64,000 bases of DNA from Myxococcota bacterium (GCA_036012755.1 DASCPX010000129.1:96001-160000), one strand, 5' to 3'. Counted from the first letter of the stretch, positions 43,137 through 53,313 are shown. The notes: generated by a model from the sequence alone, not told the origin. Translations and numbers: made by a program.

Positions 43137-43961
43137 TTACTCCGAGGCCGGATCCGGAGCGGCCACCGGCAGGCGGACGAGCCGGGTCTGGCCATTCTCT
43201 CGGTAGAGCAGCCACCCCTCGCTGCGCGATGGCCCGCGTTGGTGTCCGGGCCCATCGACACCGAAGCCGTCCGAGCAGGCGATGTCGACGTCCTCGCCAT
43301 TCCAGCTCTCCCAGCAAGCCACGTCCCCGTCGAGGCTGAGCCCACGCGCCGTGTGGGCGTCCGTCCACGTGCACTGCTTCATGGCGCCGACGCGCTGCAG
43401 GCAGACGCGCTCATCGTCGAGCCAGGCGATGGTGGGTCCGTCCGCCGACACGTGGCGGCCCTCGGCCCACTGCACGGCGGCGCCGTCCTCTGGGGCCATC
43501 ATCACGACCTCGTCCTCGACCCAGGCCACGAAGCCGTCGCCGATCGCGGGGGCTCGCCACGGCGTCGGGGCTGCCTCGATCGACTCTCGGGTGTTCCCGT
43601 CGAGGATCTCGATGGACACGGGGGTGGTGACGACCGCCCGCTGGCCGTCCGTCGAGAAGGGCCCGATGGCTTCCACCGGGCTGGGCTTGTCGGTGGGTGT
43701 GCCGCTCGGCAGGTGCCACCAGCCCGCGGCTCCGATGAGCACGCCGTCGGCCAGGCCCGGGGAGTCCACGGCTCGCTCGAGCTCGACCTGCTGTCCCGTC
43801 TCGAGGTTCACCGCTCGGTTGACCGGGCCGCCGAAGCAGCCGACCGCCCAGTCTCCGGCCAGCGCGGGATAGCGAGCGTCACGACAGGTACCCCCCAGCC
43901 ACGGCAAGGAGGTCCTCTCCGTCGCCAGGGCGGGGGACAACGACAGGAGGGCGAGGATTAC
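43137..43961 (-). CDS. Secreted beta-repeat (propeller-like) protein
   Basis: Signal-like ILALLSLSPALA; repeated P.I.G..VAW motifs. No canonical start precedes the signal (GTA/ATC). Confidence 0.6.
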   Translation of the reverse strand, partial: VILALLSLSPALATERTSLPWLGGTCRDARYPALAGDWAVGCFGGPVNRAVNLETGQQVELERAVDSPGLADGVLIGAAGWWHLPSGTPTDKPSPVEAIGPFSTDGQRAVVTTPVSIEILDGNTRESIEAAPTPWRAPAIGDGFVAWVEDEVVMMAPEDGAAVQWAEGRHVSADGPTIAWLDDERVCLQRVGAMKQCTWTDAHTARGLSLDGDVACWESWNGEDVDIACSDGFGVDGPGHQRGPSRSEGWLLYRENGQTRLVRLPVAAPDPASE

Positions 43962-45349
43962 TCCTCTTCCTCGCAGTAGGCGCCTGTGTCCTCGCTGACG
44001 CCGCAGCAGGTCACGGTGATGATGGCCGTGGCCTCTGTGGACTCGCCCGTGCAGTCCGAGACGGTCAGCTTGAGCTCGTACTCGTTGCTGTCGCAGACCC
44101 CGGGCTCGGTGGCCTCTGCGTCCTCGAGCTTGAGGAAGGTCACGAGCGAGGTGTCGTCCGTGAAGGTGCCGTTGCCGGTGACCAGCTCCCACTGGTAGGT
44201 CAGCGGGTCGCTGTCGGCGTCGGTGACCGTCACGTCGGTCCCGATCTCGAGCGTCTGGTCCGTGCAGTCGTCGCAGTTGAAGACGTAGCCGCTCGGCGAG
44301 CAGCACGAGAGCCCCGCGTCGATGGTGTCGGGCGTCGGGAAGTTCACGACTGGGAGCGCGTTGGAGAGGCGCTCCTCGAGGACGAGGGTGATGAGGTCCG
44401 GGATCGACCAGTTGTTTCCGTCGGAGACCGTCAGCGACAGCACGTAGGTGCCCGCCACGTCCCCGTAGAAGGTCGCGTCCCCATCGGTCCGGGCGGAGAA
44501 GTTCGCGTTGGTCGCGGCGCTCTCCGCCGGCTTGTTCTGGAGCTCCCAGAAGAACGACAGCTCGTCGTCGTCCGGATCGACCGAGCCGGAGCCGTCCAGC
44601 GCCACGTGCGTGCAGTCGTAGGAGGTGATGTCCTCGCCCGCGCTGGCGGTCGGTGCACCGTCTTCTCCGGTGACGGTCACGACCGTCGAGTCGGCGAGTC
44701 CGCAGCTGTAGTCGTTGCAGACCAGGAGGTTGAAGACGAAGACGCCCCGCTCGTCGGGGGTGAAGCTGGCGGTCTCCGCTGTGGCGTCGGTGATGTCTGC
44801 GTCGGTGAGGGCCGACTTGTCGGGCCACTGCTCCAGCGACCAGCCGTAGGTCAGGCCCTTGCCCAGCGGGTCGTAGGAGGCTGATCCGTCCAGCGTGAGG
44901 GTGGTGTCGACCTCTGTGGTCTGGTCAGCACCCGCGTCGGCGACCGGGAGATCCTCCGGCAGCATGGCCTCGACGACTGCGAAGTCGGTGGCGGACCAGA
45001 GCTTGGAGTCGTTGACGGACAGGGCGACGACGTAGGTGCCGACCTTGTCCGGGCTGAAGCAGACCGTCACCGCCGTGGGGCTGTTGTTCGGCGCGAAGCT
45101 GTCCTCGTTCACCGCGGAGCCCTCCGGCACCCACTCGAAGGTCCACTTGTAGGACAGGGCGTCCCCGTCCGGATCGTGGCTCTTGGAGCCGTCCAGGCAG
45201 ACCTGTTGGTCGGCGTAGAGGGCCTGATCCTCGCCAGCGTCGGCGGTCGGGGCGTCGTTGGTCTCGACGATGCCGCTGTCAGGGTTGTCCTTGTTGCAGG
45301 CGACGAGCATGAGCCCAGCCGCGAGCGCCATCGGGATGGTGGTGCGCAT
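43958..45349 (-). CDS. PKD-repeat lipoprotein
   Basis: Lipobox LVAC; three to four PxAxAG.D...LDGS.S.DPDGD.L.Y.W repeats. Confidence 0.88.
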   Translation of the reverse strand: MRTTIPMALAAGLMLVACNKDNPDSGIVETNDAPTADAGEDQALYADQQVCLDGSKSHDPDGDALSYKWTFEWVPEGSAVNEDSFAPNNSPTAVTVCFSPDKVGTYVVALSVNDSKLWSATDFAVVEAMLPEDLPVADAGADQTTEVDTTLTLDGSASYDPLGKGLTYGWSLEQWPDKSALTDADITDATAETASFTPDERGVFVFNLLVCNDYSCGLADSTVVTVTGEDGAPTASAGEDITSYDCTHVALDGSGSVDPDDDELSFFWELQNKPAESAATNANFSARTDGDATFYGDVAGTYVLSLTVSDGNNWSIPDLITLVLEERLSNALPVVNFPTPDTIDAGLSCCSPSGYVFNCDDCTDQTLEIGTDVTVTDADSDPLTYQWELVTGNGTFTDDTSLVTFLKLEDAEATEPGVCDSNEYELKLTVSDCTGESTEATAIITVTCCGVSEDTGAYCEEEE

Positions 45350-45357
45350 GGGGTCTC

Positions 45358-46764
45358 CTATTTGCCTTCGCCAGTGCATGTGATGGTCAGCCGTACGGTG
45401 TCTGTGTCGCTGGCGTTGCAGTCGGCCACGAGGAGCTCCAGGTCGTACTCGTAGGTCGCTCCGCTGTTGTAGACACCCGGCAGCGGCGGGGTCTGGACCG
45501 TGGTGGCGGCGGTGTACTCGGAGTCGATCGTCATCTCGCCGGTGGCCTCGGTCCAGCGGTAGGACAGCTGGTCGCCGTCTGGATCGAGTGAACCCGAGCC
45601 GTCCAGGTCGAACTCGAAGGAGGGGCAGTCCTCGCAGTTCCAGCCGCTGTAGCTGAGGCGCTCGCAGTCCGTGGTCGACGAGACGCTGTCCGCGGCGCCC
45701 GCGTTGGCGATGGGCGGCTCGTTCTCCGTGATGTCCGAGGTGGTCATCGTGACGACGTCGGGGGCCGACCACTGCGAGCCGTCGAAGACCTGCAGCTGGA
45801 AGGTGTAGTCCCCCGGGACATCCCAGGTGAAGGTCGCGTTGGGCAGGGTCGCGTCGTCGAAGTTCGCGTCCGTCGCGGTGGACTCGGCAGGGGCGGTGAC
45901 CAGCGACCACTGGTAGGTCAGCTCAGCTCCGTCGGGGTCCCAGGAGCCGTAGCCGTTGAGCGTCAGCTCGTTTCCGTCGCAGGGCGGCGCCTCGTCGGCG
46001 TCACCGGCGTCCGCGATGGGGGCGGCGTCGCCTTCGCTGCAGCTCACCGAGGCGTAGTCCGGCTCGGACCACTGGAAGCCATCGGAGACGACCAGGGAGA
46101 CGACGAAGACGCCTTCGCAGTCGCAGATGAGCGACGGTGTCGCCGTGCCCTGGTTGTAGAGGTCATCGCTCTCGAGCTCCGAGCAGTCGGGCGAGGACGA
46201 CAGCGCCCAGTCGAACTCGATCTCCTCGCCCTCTGGATCCGAGGAGCCGGAGCCGTCGAGGGTCACCCGGGTGTCGACCGAGGTGTCGTGATCCGGGCCC
46301 GCGTCGGCGATCGGTCTGGCGTCGCCGGGTGCGACGTCGATGATGACGATGTCCGGCTCGGAGCTCTCGAGGTCGTCGCTGACGACCAGCGCGAGCACGT
46401 AGGTGCCTGCGACATCCGGGACGAAGCTGGTCGCGACCGCTGTCGCCCCGTTGTTGTCGGTGAGCGCGACTTCGTCCACGATCGAGGCGGTCGGGACGGA
46501 CTCGAAGCTCCAGGCGTAGGCCGGAACGAACTTGTCCTGGGCGCAGCCTTCCGGGTAGCCGCTGGGGCCAAGCCCGTTCTCTTCGTCGATCTGGTCGCCC
46601 GAGAGCTCCGCCGTGACGCCGAGAGAAAGTGACTGGTCGGCGCCGGCGTATGCCACCGGCGCGCAGTAGGGATCGCCCGTGTCCACGTCCTTGTCGCAGC
46701 CCGCTGACAACAGCAGCGAGGCACCGATCAAGCCGAGGAGGGGCTTTCTGGTCTGGTCGAGCAT
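45358..46764 (-). CDS. PKD-repeat lipoprotein (paralog)
   Basis: Lipobox SAGC; four PKD-like repeats. Confidence 0.88.
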   Translation of the reverse strand: MLDQTRKPLLGLIGASLLLSAGCDKDVDTGDPYCAPVAYAGADQSLSLGVTAELSGDQIDEENGLGPSGYPEGCAQDKFVPAYAWSFESVPTASIVDEVALTDNNGATAVATSFVPDVAGTYVLALVVSDDLESSEPDIVIIDVAPGDARPIADAGPDHDTSVDTRVTLDGSGSSDPEGEEIEFDWALSSSPDCSELESDDLYNQGTATPSLICDCEGVFVVSLVVSDGFQWSEPDYASVSCSEGDAAPIADAGDADEAPPCDGNELTLNGYGSWDPDGAELTYQWSLVTAPAESTATDANFDDATLPNATFTWDVPGDYTFQLQVFDGSQWSAPDVVTMTTSDITENEPPIANAGAADSVSSTTDCERLSYSGWNCEDCPSFEFDLDGSGSLDPDGDQLSYRWTEATGEMTIDSEYTAATTVQTPPLPGVYNSGATYEYDLELLVADCNASDTDTVRLTITCTGEGK

Positions 46765-46798
46765 GGGGGTGCTCCAAAAAGCTGGTCGTGGGCGCGCC

Positions 46799-46822
46799 GG
46801 ACCCCTTGCAAAAAAGGGGTCC
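46799..46822 (-). promoter_or_regulatory. 9-bp hairpin in the leader of the PKD operon
   Basis: GGACCCCTT-N6-AAGGGGTCC perfect inverted repeat. Confidence 0.55.
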
Positions 46823-46834
46823 TCGGGCTGCGCT

Positions 46835-46864
46835 AAGCTACCCGCTTGGTGAAGGGAGCGTCAA
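46835..46864 (-). promoter_or_regulatory. Sigma70-type promoter of the PKD/GT-C operon
   Basis: TTGACG-N18-TAGCTT on the minus strand. Confidence 0.65.
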
Positions 46865-46868
46865 CAAA

Positions 46869-47615
46869 GTGAAAGCGGTGCTCCTCGCCGCGTCTGCCGC
46901 GGGTGTGGGCGCACCAGCAGCGCCGCTTCATGGACCCTCCGTAGAGGCCGTCAGCAGCCTCCAGGTGTCAGCAGGGTATCGCGTCGGCGAGATGCCGCCA
47001 TTTTCTGCCTCCGAGAGGGACATCGGGGCATTCGGATTGGGGGGGCGTTGGGCGCCTCACCCCTCCGTCGAGCTTCGGGCGGCCTGGGAAGGGCTGAGGG
47101 CGACCTGGCCGGCTGGCAACACGGCACTCGGCTCCGGCGATCTGCATCTCGGGACCCGGGCGCGTCCCTACGCCGGGGCCGGCGCGGTCCCGGGGGTCTG
47201 GCTCGACTGGGAGGTGAAGCTCCCCAACGCCCCAGAGGACACGGGGCTCGGCACCGACGAGACGGACGTGCTGGGGCTGCTCTACCTCGCCTGGAGCGGT
47301 GAGCGATGGCGCCTCCAGGCCGGCGGTGGACTGGCCATCCTGGGGAGCCCGGTGCAGCACGCGGCTCAGGACGACGCAGCGCTCGTCCACGCCCGCGGCG
47401 CCCTGATGCTCGGTCCCACCTGGCTGTCCGCCGGCCTCGACGGTCGCCTCGCTTCCCCCCGCAACCCCCTGGACCTGAGCCTCGATGTCGGAGCCAGCTG
47501 GACTCGCGGGCGCCTGCAGCTCGGTGTGGAGGGCCTCGCTGGGCTGAGCCCGGCGGCACCGGACTACGGGGGCCGGCTGGTGGTGGGCCTTGTCCCACTG
47601 CCCGAGGGGTCTTAG
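46869..47615 (+). CDS. Putative outer-membrane beta-barrel protein
   Basis: Alternating beta strands; GSGDL.LG, VKLP, GLGTDETD pattern. Confidence 0.6.
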   Translation: MKAVLLAASAAGVGAPAAPLHGPSVEAVSSLQVSAGYRVGEMPPFSASERDIGAFGLGGRWAPHPSVELRAAWEGLRATWPAGNTALGSGDLHLGTRARPYAGAGAVPGVWLDWEVKLPNAPEDTGLGTDETDVLGLLYLAWSGERWRLQAGGGLAILGSPVQHAAQDDAALVHARGALMLGPTWLSAGLDGRLASPRNPLDLSLDVGASWTRGRLQLGVEGLAGLSPAAPDYGGRLVVGLVPLPEGS

Positions 47616-47624
47616 GACGGCGGC

Positions 47625-48353
47625 ATGCTGCCGATGATCCTCCAGACGATGTTCGCCGGCCGTGACGGCAAGGTGCGCATCTACGCCAAGAAGATCCGCA
47701 ACAAGGACACGCCGGTCGAAGAGCGCCAGAACATGGCCTACTGGCTGGCAGAGGACGGCAAGCCGGACGCGATCCTGGCCATGCTCGGTCGCTTCGAGAT
47801 GACCTACGAGCACGGCATGAAGGACGTGGACGAGAAGGAGATCGTCGAGAACCTCGTCCTCGAGCTCGGCGAAGACGCCGTGGAGCCGCTGGCGACCTTC
47901 TTGCGACGCTGCCACATGTTCGCTCGGCCCATGGGGCTGTACGAGCGCCTCGCCGGTCCCGAGCGGGCCAGGGCGCTGATCCTGGAGCTCCTCCAGGTCG
48001 AGTACGAGAAGAGCGAGCTCAAGCCCAAGAAGAAGAAGGACCTGTTGATCCGCCTCGCGGACTTCAAGGGCGAGGACGTCATCGCGTCCGCCGTGCGCTT
48101 CCTGGACGACTTCGACGAGGGCTGTCGCTACGGCGCGGTCGAGGTGCTCCTTGCGCAGGAAGAGGTCCCGGAGATCCGGGATCCGCTGATCGCGATGCTG
48201 GCCGATCCCGACGAGGAGTCGGGGCGGCTGCAGCACCGGATCGCAGAGGGCGCCGCGGCGCGCGCGTGGGATCTCGGGGAGCACGCCAAGGCGATCGGCG
48301 ATCGTCCGCCGACGAACTTCAAGGTGGTCGGCAGGAAGCTCGTCTCCGGCTGA
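47625..48353 (+). CDS. HEAT-repeat-like protein
   Basis: All-helical; FLDDFDEGCRYGAVEVL. Confidence 0.7.
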   Translation: MLPMILQTMFAGRDGKVRIYAKKIRNKDTPVEERQNMAYWLAEDGKPDAILAMLGRFEMTYEHGMKDVDEKEIVENLVLELGEDAVEPLATFLRRCHMFARPMGLYERLAGPERARALILELLQVEYEKSELKPKKKKDLLIRLADFKGEDVIASAVRFLDDFDEGCRYGAVEVLLAQEEVPEIRDPLIAMLADPDEESGRLQHRIAEGAAARAWDLGEHAKAIGDRPPTNFKVVGRKLVSG

Positions 48354-48362
48354 TGGGCTGAC

Positions 48363-49064
48363 TCACTCGGCGTCTTCTTCGCCCGCTGCCTCCTCCAACC
48401 GGAGGCTCAGGTGGGCGAGCTTGCCCAGCATCCTGTCGGCCGTGCGCTGGAGCTCCCGAGTCCGCTCGGGCCCCAGCCGGTCCAGCTGCTCGTCCTCGAG
48501 GTCCGCGAAGCCCCCCTCGGCGAGCATCCGCTCCATCTTGTCCAGCGAGCGCGCGAAGCGCGGCTTGGGGCGCCGACCTCTTCGGGGGCCGGACGTCTTC
48601 CTGTGGGCGGCGACCGCTGCGAGCAGCTCGCGCGTCGTCCAGCTTCCGCCCCGTGCCCGAGCCAGGAGGTCCTCCTGCACCGGCCCGGGTAGCCCGAGCA
48701 CCGCGAAGCCATGGCTTGCCGTCAGCTGTTCCAGCGCTGAGACGCCGAGCCGGTCCTCCAGCTCCACCAGGCCGCACGCGCGAAACAGGGTCGAGGGGCT
48801 CACGCCCCCCTCGCCGTGGCGCGACAGCGCCCGCCCCAACGCCCGAAACGAAGGGTCGTTCTGCCCGCGGGTCCTCCAGGCCCCGACGTCGCCGTCGTAG
48901 AGCTCGCGGATCACCAGGGTGCCGATCTCCAGCGCCGTGTTCCTGACCATGCTGCGGGCCAGCTCCACCACCGCCGCCGCCGTGCGATCGATTCGCTCCG
49001 GAGGCAGCGCCGAGAGCACCTCGGTCCCCGGCGTCAGCGGGCTCTGGTCGTCGGCCTTCGACAT
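48363..49064 (-). CDS. Putative DNA-binding protein (DUF1016-N/ParB-HTH-like)
   Basis: EIG...GVSPSTL...LTASH...WTTREL pattern. Confidence 0.55.
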   Translation of the reverse strand: MSKADDQSPLTPGTEVLSALPPERIDRTAAAVVELARSMVRNTALEIGTLVIRELYDGDVGAWRTRGQNDPSFRALGRALSRHGEGGVSPSTLFRACGLVELEDRLGVSALEQLTASHGFAVLGLPGPVQEDLLARARGGSWTTRELLAAVAAHRKTSGPRRGRRPKPRFARSLDKMERMLAEGGFADLEDEQLDRLGPERTRELQRTADRMLGKLAHLSLRLEEAAGEEDAE

Positions 49065-49097
49065 GGGTGAACTCCGCCCTCGGAGCCTATCAGGCGC

Positions 49098-50465
49098 TCA
49101 ACGCTCCAGCTGGTACGGGCCCCCCCCCAGGTTCCATCGCGCCATGGCCATCCCCAGTCGGGCAGCCTCCCGCAGCGCCCCGCTGGCCACCGCGTCGCGC
49201 GCGAGCCGCGCCATGGGCTCGGGCCGCAGGTAGAAGCTGCGCCACGCGTAGCGCATCAGCGAGGACAGCTCAGCAGGCGGGAGATCCGTCACGGTCTTGC
49301 GGTGGACGTCCCCGTCGACCGGGTTTCGCACATCGGCACCGGAGAGGTGGCCGTAGTCCTCGAACAACGGTGTGCCGGGAAAGGCGACCAGCGAGGAGAA
49401 CTGGACGTAGTCGGCGCCGATCTCCCGCGCGAAGCGGATCGTGCGCCGCACGTCCTCGCGCCCTTCGCCCGGAGCACCGAGGATGATGTAGGCCAGCGGC
49501 CGGATCCCGGCGGCCCGTGTGGCCGAGAAGGCAGCCCGCACGGCCTCGATGGAGACGTCCTTTCGCAGCAGCTCCAGGGTCTCGGCGTTCCCGGACTCGA
49601 CCCCGTAGGCGACCACCCGGCAGCCCGCCCGCCGCATGAGCCGGAGCGTCTCGGCGTCCACGCCGTCCACGCGCCCCTCGCACTTCCACTCGAGGTCCAG
49701 TCCGCGGCGCAGGATGTCCTCGCAGATCTCCCGCACCCGTCGGCCATGGAGGGTGAAGTTGTCGTCGTAGAAGTTGACGAAGCCGACGCCCGAGCGAGCC
49801 AGGTCCTCCATCTCGTCGACGACGTCCGTTGCGCTGCGGGCCCGCCAGCGGCTGCCCGAGACGCTCTTGTCGCAGAAGCTGCAGCGGAAGGGACAGCCTC
49901 GCGAGGTGATCATCGTGGCGAAGCCCGGTCGCGTCGCCATGAGGTAGCGGTAGCCCCCTTGCGGCAGCAGATCCCTGGCTGGACGAGCGATGTCCTCCAC
50001 CGCGCGCACAGGCTCGTGCTCTTCGAAGAGCACGTCCCGCGTCATCACGCCGGGGGGTGGTGGACCGCCGCTGGCCAGCCAGTCCAGGTAGGGGACCACG
50101 ACCTCTTCGCCCTCGCCGATGACGAGGTGGTCGATGTCGGGGCATTCCTCGAAGACCTGCTCGCGGACAGCGGTGGCGTGTGGTCCACCGAGCACGATGG
50201 TCTCTACGAATGGCCGCGCCAGCGAGGCGGCGCGGTAGGCGACGTCCGAGACCGGCGTCATCGCACCGAGCCCGAGCACGCGCGGCCGGCGCCGACGGAT
50301 CTCCGCTTCGAACTCCGCCCAGCTCGAGCCCTGCGCGTAGGCATCGAGGATCTGGACCGCCCTCCCACACCGGATGAGCTCGGCGGCCAGGTAGGCGAGT
50401 CCCAGCGGCGGGACCGCGAGGCCCGCGTCGCGGGCGTTCCGGCGCGGAGGGCGAACCAGGAGCAC
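49098..50465 (-). CDS. Cobalamin-binding radical SAM protein
   Basis: PPLGLAYLAA, GGPHAT, SRGCPFRCSFC, DDNF, GVESG. Confidence 0.93.
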   Translation of the reverse strand: MLLVRPPRRNARDAGLAVPPLGLAYLAAELIRCGRAVQILDAYAQGSSWAEFEAEIRRRRPRVLGLGAMTPVSDVAYRAASLARPFVETIVLGGPHATAVREQVFEECPDIDHLVIGEGEEVVVPYLDWLASGGPPPPGVMTRDVLFEEHEPVRAVEDIARPARDLLPQGGYRYLMATRPGFATMITSRGCPFRCSFCDKSVSGSRWRARSATDVVDEMEDLARSGVGFVNFYDDNFTLHGRRVREICEDILRRGLDLEWKCEGRVDGVDAETLRLMRRAGCRVVAYGVESGNAETLELLRKDVSIEAVRAAFSATRAAGIRPLAYIILGAPGEGREDVRRTIRFAREIGADYVQFSSLVAFPGTPLFEDYGHLSGADVRNPVDGDVHRKTVTDLPPAELSSLMRYAWRSFYLRPEPMARLARDAVASGALREAARLGMAMARWNLGGGPYQLER

Positions 50466-50483
50466 GGTCCCGAGGATACCCGC

Positions 50484-52133
50484 CTACCAGGTCAACTCCG
50501 TCAGCCGTTCTCGTGCGCGTGGCGCGTAGACGTCGTCCCCGCAGCGGTCGAGGAAGGCGTTGTAGCGACCGACCGCGGCGGTCTTGTTGTCCAGGTTGTC
50601 CGCGTAGAGGTCCCCGAGCAGCCGGTTCGCCAGGCAGTTTCGGGGGCAGTACTGCAGGGTCGTCAAGAGCTCCATCTCTGCGGCCTTGTACTCCCCGTTG
50701 CGTCCGTACAGGAGCCCGAGGTTGTTGTGGCCCTTGCAGTAGGACGGTGACTCCCTCAGGGCGGAGAGGAAGGCCTCTTCGGCCTCGTCGCGGTTGCCGA
50801 GGATCGCCTCCTCCCGGCCGAGGTTGTTCCACGCGTCGAGGTAGCCCGGATCGGCCTCGACGGCGCGCCGGTAGGCTGCGCGTGCGAGCCCGAACTCCTG
50901 GTCGAGGTGCAGCGCTTCGCCGTAGCCGTACCAAGCCTCTGCCGAGTCCGGGTTGCGCTCCGTCGCCTGGGCCCAGAGCGTCGGTTCGGTGTGCCAGACG
51001 CGGTTCTGGAAGAAGGTGAGCGCCATGAGCGAGAGCGCCAGGAAGACCGCTGCGACGTGCCCTTGCCGCCCGAGGCGATCGAGCCCCAGCGCCGCGGCTG
51101 TGGTGAAGCCCAGCAGGCTGAGGTGCACGCGGTGCTCCGCCATCGTCTCTTTCAGCGCGACGAAGGACGACGAGGGCAGCAGCAAGAGCGCGAACCAGAG
51201 CCAGCAGAAGGCCAGCATCGGGTGCTTCTTCGCCTTCCAGATCGCCACCGCCGTCCCGCCGAGGACCCCCGCCATCGCCGCGACAGAGCGCAGCGTCGGC
51301 CCGGTCTCCGGGTGGTCGTGGAAGACGCTCTGTCCCCAGGGAAGGACGCTGAGCTGCACGTAGCGGATCCAGACCTCGAACTGGGTGAAGACCTGGACGT
51401 CCAGCGGCCTCTGGGGTGGCAGTGGCGAGGTCACGGTGCCGTACATCGAGTAGCGCCACGCGAAGAAGCCGAGCACGCCGACGAGACCGGGGAGGTGGTC
51501 CCGCCAGCGCAGGGCGCGCCAGTTCATCGAGCGCAGCGCCACCACGTCGATGAGCAGGAAGGCCACAGGCATCGTGACCGCGACCTCCTTCGTGAAGGCC
51601 CCCGCCAGTACGGAGAGCCACGCCCCGGCGAAGTGCTGCCAGCCACCCACCTGGCGCCAGCGCACGAAGCTCCAGCAGCCGAGCAGGTAGAACAGCGCGC
51701 AGAGCTGCTCGCTGCGGCCCGTGACGTAGCTGACGGACTCGGTGTTGAGCGGGTGGGCTGCCCAGAGTCCAGCGGCGATCGCGCCCACGACCAGGGGGCG
51801 GGCGTGGCCCCGGAGCTCGGCGATCGCGGAGATCAGCAGGAAGGCGAGGCCCACCTCCAGCCCGAAGATGACCGCGTCGACGAGGTGGTAGAGGAAGGGC
51901 TCCTGCTCGGCGAAGTGGTAGTTGAGCGCGTAGCTCGCGATGGTGATGGGCCGGCTCAGGTTGTAGCCGAGCATCATCTTCCAGTGCTCGAGCATCCGGA
52001 TGGTCCGGTTGCCGATGACCTCGACCTTGTCGTCGTAGGTGAAGGCGCCCTCGAGGGAGTTGAAGTACGCCAGCGCTACGACTGCCAGCAGGGCCGCCCA
52101 GGTGATCCAGCGCTGGGCCTCTCGGCTGTTCAT
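50484..52133 (-). CDS. TMTC-like GT-C membrane glycosyltransferase with C-terminal TPRs
   Basis: FTYDD, RP, HPLNTESVSYVTGR, KE, AEHRVHL, then TPR repeats. Confidence 0.85.
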   Translation of the reverse strand: MNSREAQRWITWAALLAVVALAYFNSLEGAFTYDDKVEVIGNRTIRMLEHWKMMLGYNLSRPITIASYALNYHFAEQEPFLYHLVDAVIFGLEVGLAFLLISAIAELRGHARPLVVGAIAAGLWAAHPLNTESVSYVTGRSEQLCALFYLLGCWSFVRWRQVGGWQHFAGAWLSVLAGAFTKEVAVTMPVAFLLIDVVALRSMNWRALRWRDHLPGLVGVLGFFAWRYSMYGTVTSPLPPQRPLDVQVFTQFEVWIRYVQLSVLPWGQSVFHDHPETGPTLRSVAAMAGVLGGTAVAIWKAKKHPMLAFCWLWFALLLLPSSSFVALKETMAEHRVHLSLLGFTTAAALGLDRLGRQGHVAAVFLALSLMALTFFQNRVWHTEPTLWAQATERNPDSAEAWYGYGEALHLDQEFGLARAAYRRAVEADPGYLDAWNNLGREEAILGNRDEAEEAFLSALRESPSYCKGHNNLGLLYGRNGEYKAAEMELLTTLQYCPRNCLANRLLGDLYADNLDNKTAAVGRYNAFLDRCGDDVYAPRARERLTELTW

Positions 52134-53275
52134 CGAGCGGAGCTCACGACCTCATCGTAGAGCGCCGCGTGCTGGCGGGCGACCGTCGCGAAGGACAGGC
52201 GTTCGGTGACGTAGTCGCGACCGCGCGTTGCCATCGCGTTCGCCGCCGCTGTGTCGTCGAGCAAGGTGCGGATGCGCTCGCGGAGACCCTCGACGTCCGC
52301 GTGGCGCACGAGCAGGCCGGCCCCGGCCTGGGAGATGAGCTCACCGCAGCCACAGTCGCCGCCGACCACCACGGGGGTGCCGCACATGAGGCCCTCGAAG
52401 GGCACCAGCCCGAAGACCTCGTCCGTCGAGGGGTAGACGAGCACGTCTGCGTCCACGAGCAGCGCGAGGCGCTCGGGCCCCTCCAGCAGGCCGGTGAAGA
52501 CGACGCTGCTGGAGGCTCGCTCCCGGGCGGTGTTCATGCCCCCCATGTCGTTCCCGCCGACCACCAGGGTGGCGTCCGAGATGCCGGTCTGGAATGCCTC
52601 CACGAGGTGCTCGACCCCTTTCCTCGGGCTGACCTGGCCGAGGTAGGCGACGATGCGGCCCTCGACCCCCCAGCGCTCTCTGAAGAGCCCTTTCTCGGGC
52701 AGATCCTCGAACTCGTCGAGCATCAGCCCGTTGGGGATGGTGGCGATCCTCTCGGGGCGGAAACCGTCCTGCACGAAGCGCCCTGCTTCGCTCCTGCTGA
52801 CGGCGATGAGCTTGCGAGCGCCGCCGGGCAGGCGTCCCGAGAAGAGCAGGTCCCAGACCAGCTTGGCGCCGACCTTGCGCTCGTGTCGACGCAGGGTCCC
52901 GTTGGGTGTCATGACGTAGGGGATGCTCCGCCGCCCGGCGAAAGCCACCGCCGCGTTGTTGAGCAGGTGGCGGTGGCCGTGCAGGTGGACGAGATCCACG
53001 TCGTCGAGGATGTCCAGGGGCACGTCTCGCGGGACGAAGAGCTGGTGCTGGTAGGCCAGCGTGTTGCTCCAGTTCATCGACGTCAGGACGCGCACGCCGT
53101 CGTGGACGCGATCTCGCGGTACGCGGGCTCGGGCGGCGTCGCAGGCGTCGGTGGTCCAGACGCTGCACTCGACTCCCTGCTCGGAGAGCGCGCGGGTCAG
53201 ACCGTGCACGATTCGGGGGATCCCGCCATAGGCCCAGGTCGGCGGGAAGTAGGGGCTCACGTGGAGCACGTGCAT
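52130..53275 (-). CDS. GT4 family glycosyltransferase
   Basis: YGG, IPNG, RKG, EVFGLVPFE (Ex7E). Confidence 0.92.
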   Translation of the reverse strand: MHVLHVSPYFPPTWAYGGIPRIVHGLTRALSEQGVECSVWTTDACDAARARVPRDRVHDGVRVLTSMNWSNTLAYQHQLFVPRDVPLDILDDVDLVHLHGHRHLLNNAAVAFAGRRSIPYVMTPNGTLRRHERKVGAKLVWDLLFSGRLPGGARKLIAVSRSEAGRFVQDGFRPERIATIPNGLMLDEFEDLPEKGLFRERWGVEGRIVAYLGQVSPRKGVEHLVEAFQTGISDATLVVGGNDMGGMNTARERASSSVVFTGLLEGPERLALLVDADVLVYPSTDEVFGLVPFEGLMCGTPVVVGGDCGCGELISQAGAGLLVRHADVEGLRERIRTLLDDTAAANAMATRGRDYVTERLSFATVARQHAALYDEVVSSAR

Positions 53276-53313
53276 CGGAGACGTCCTATCACAGGGGCTT
53301 TGCACCGGGTGCG

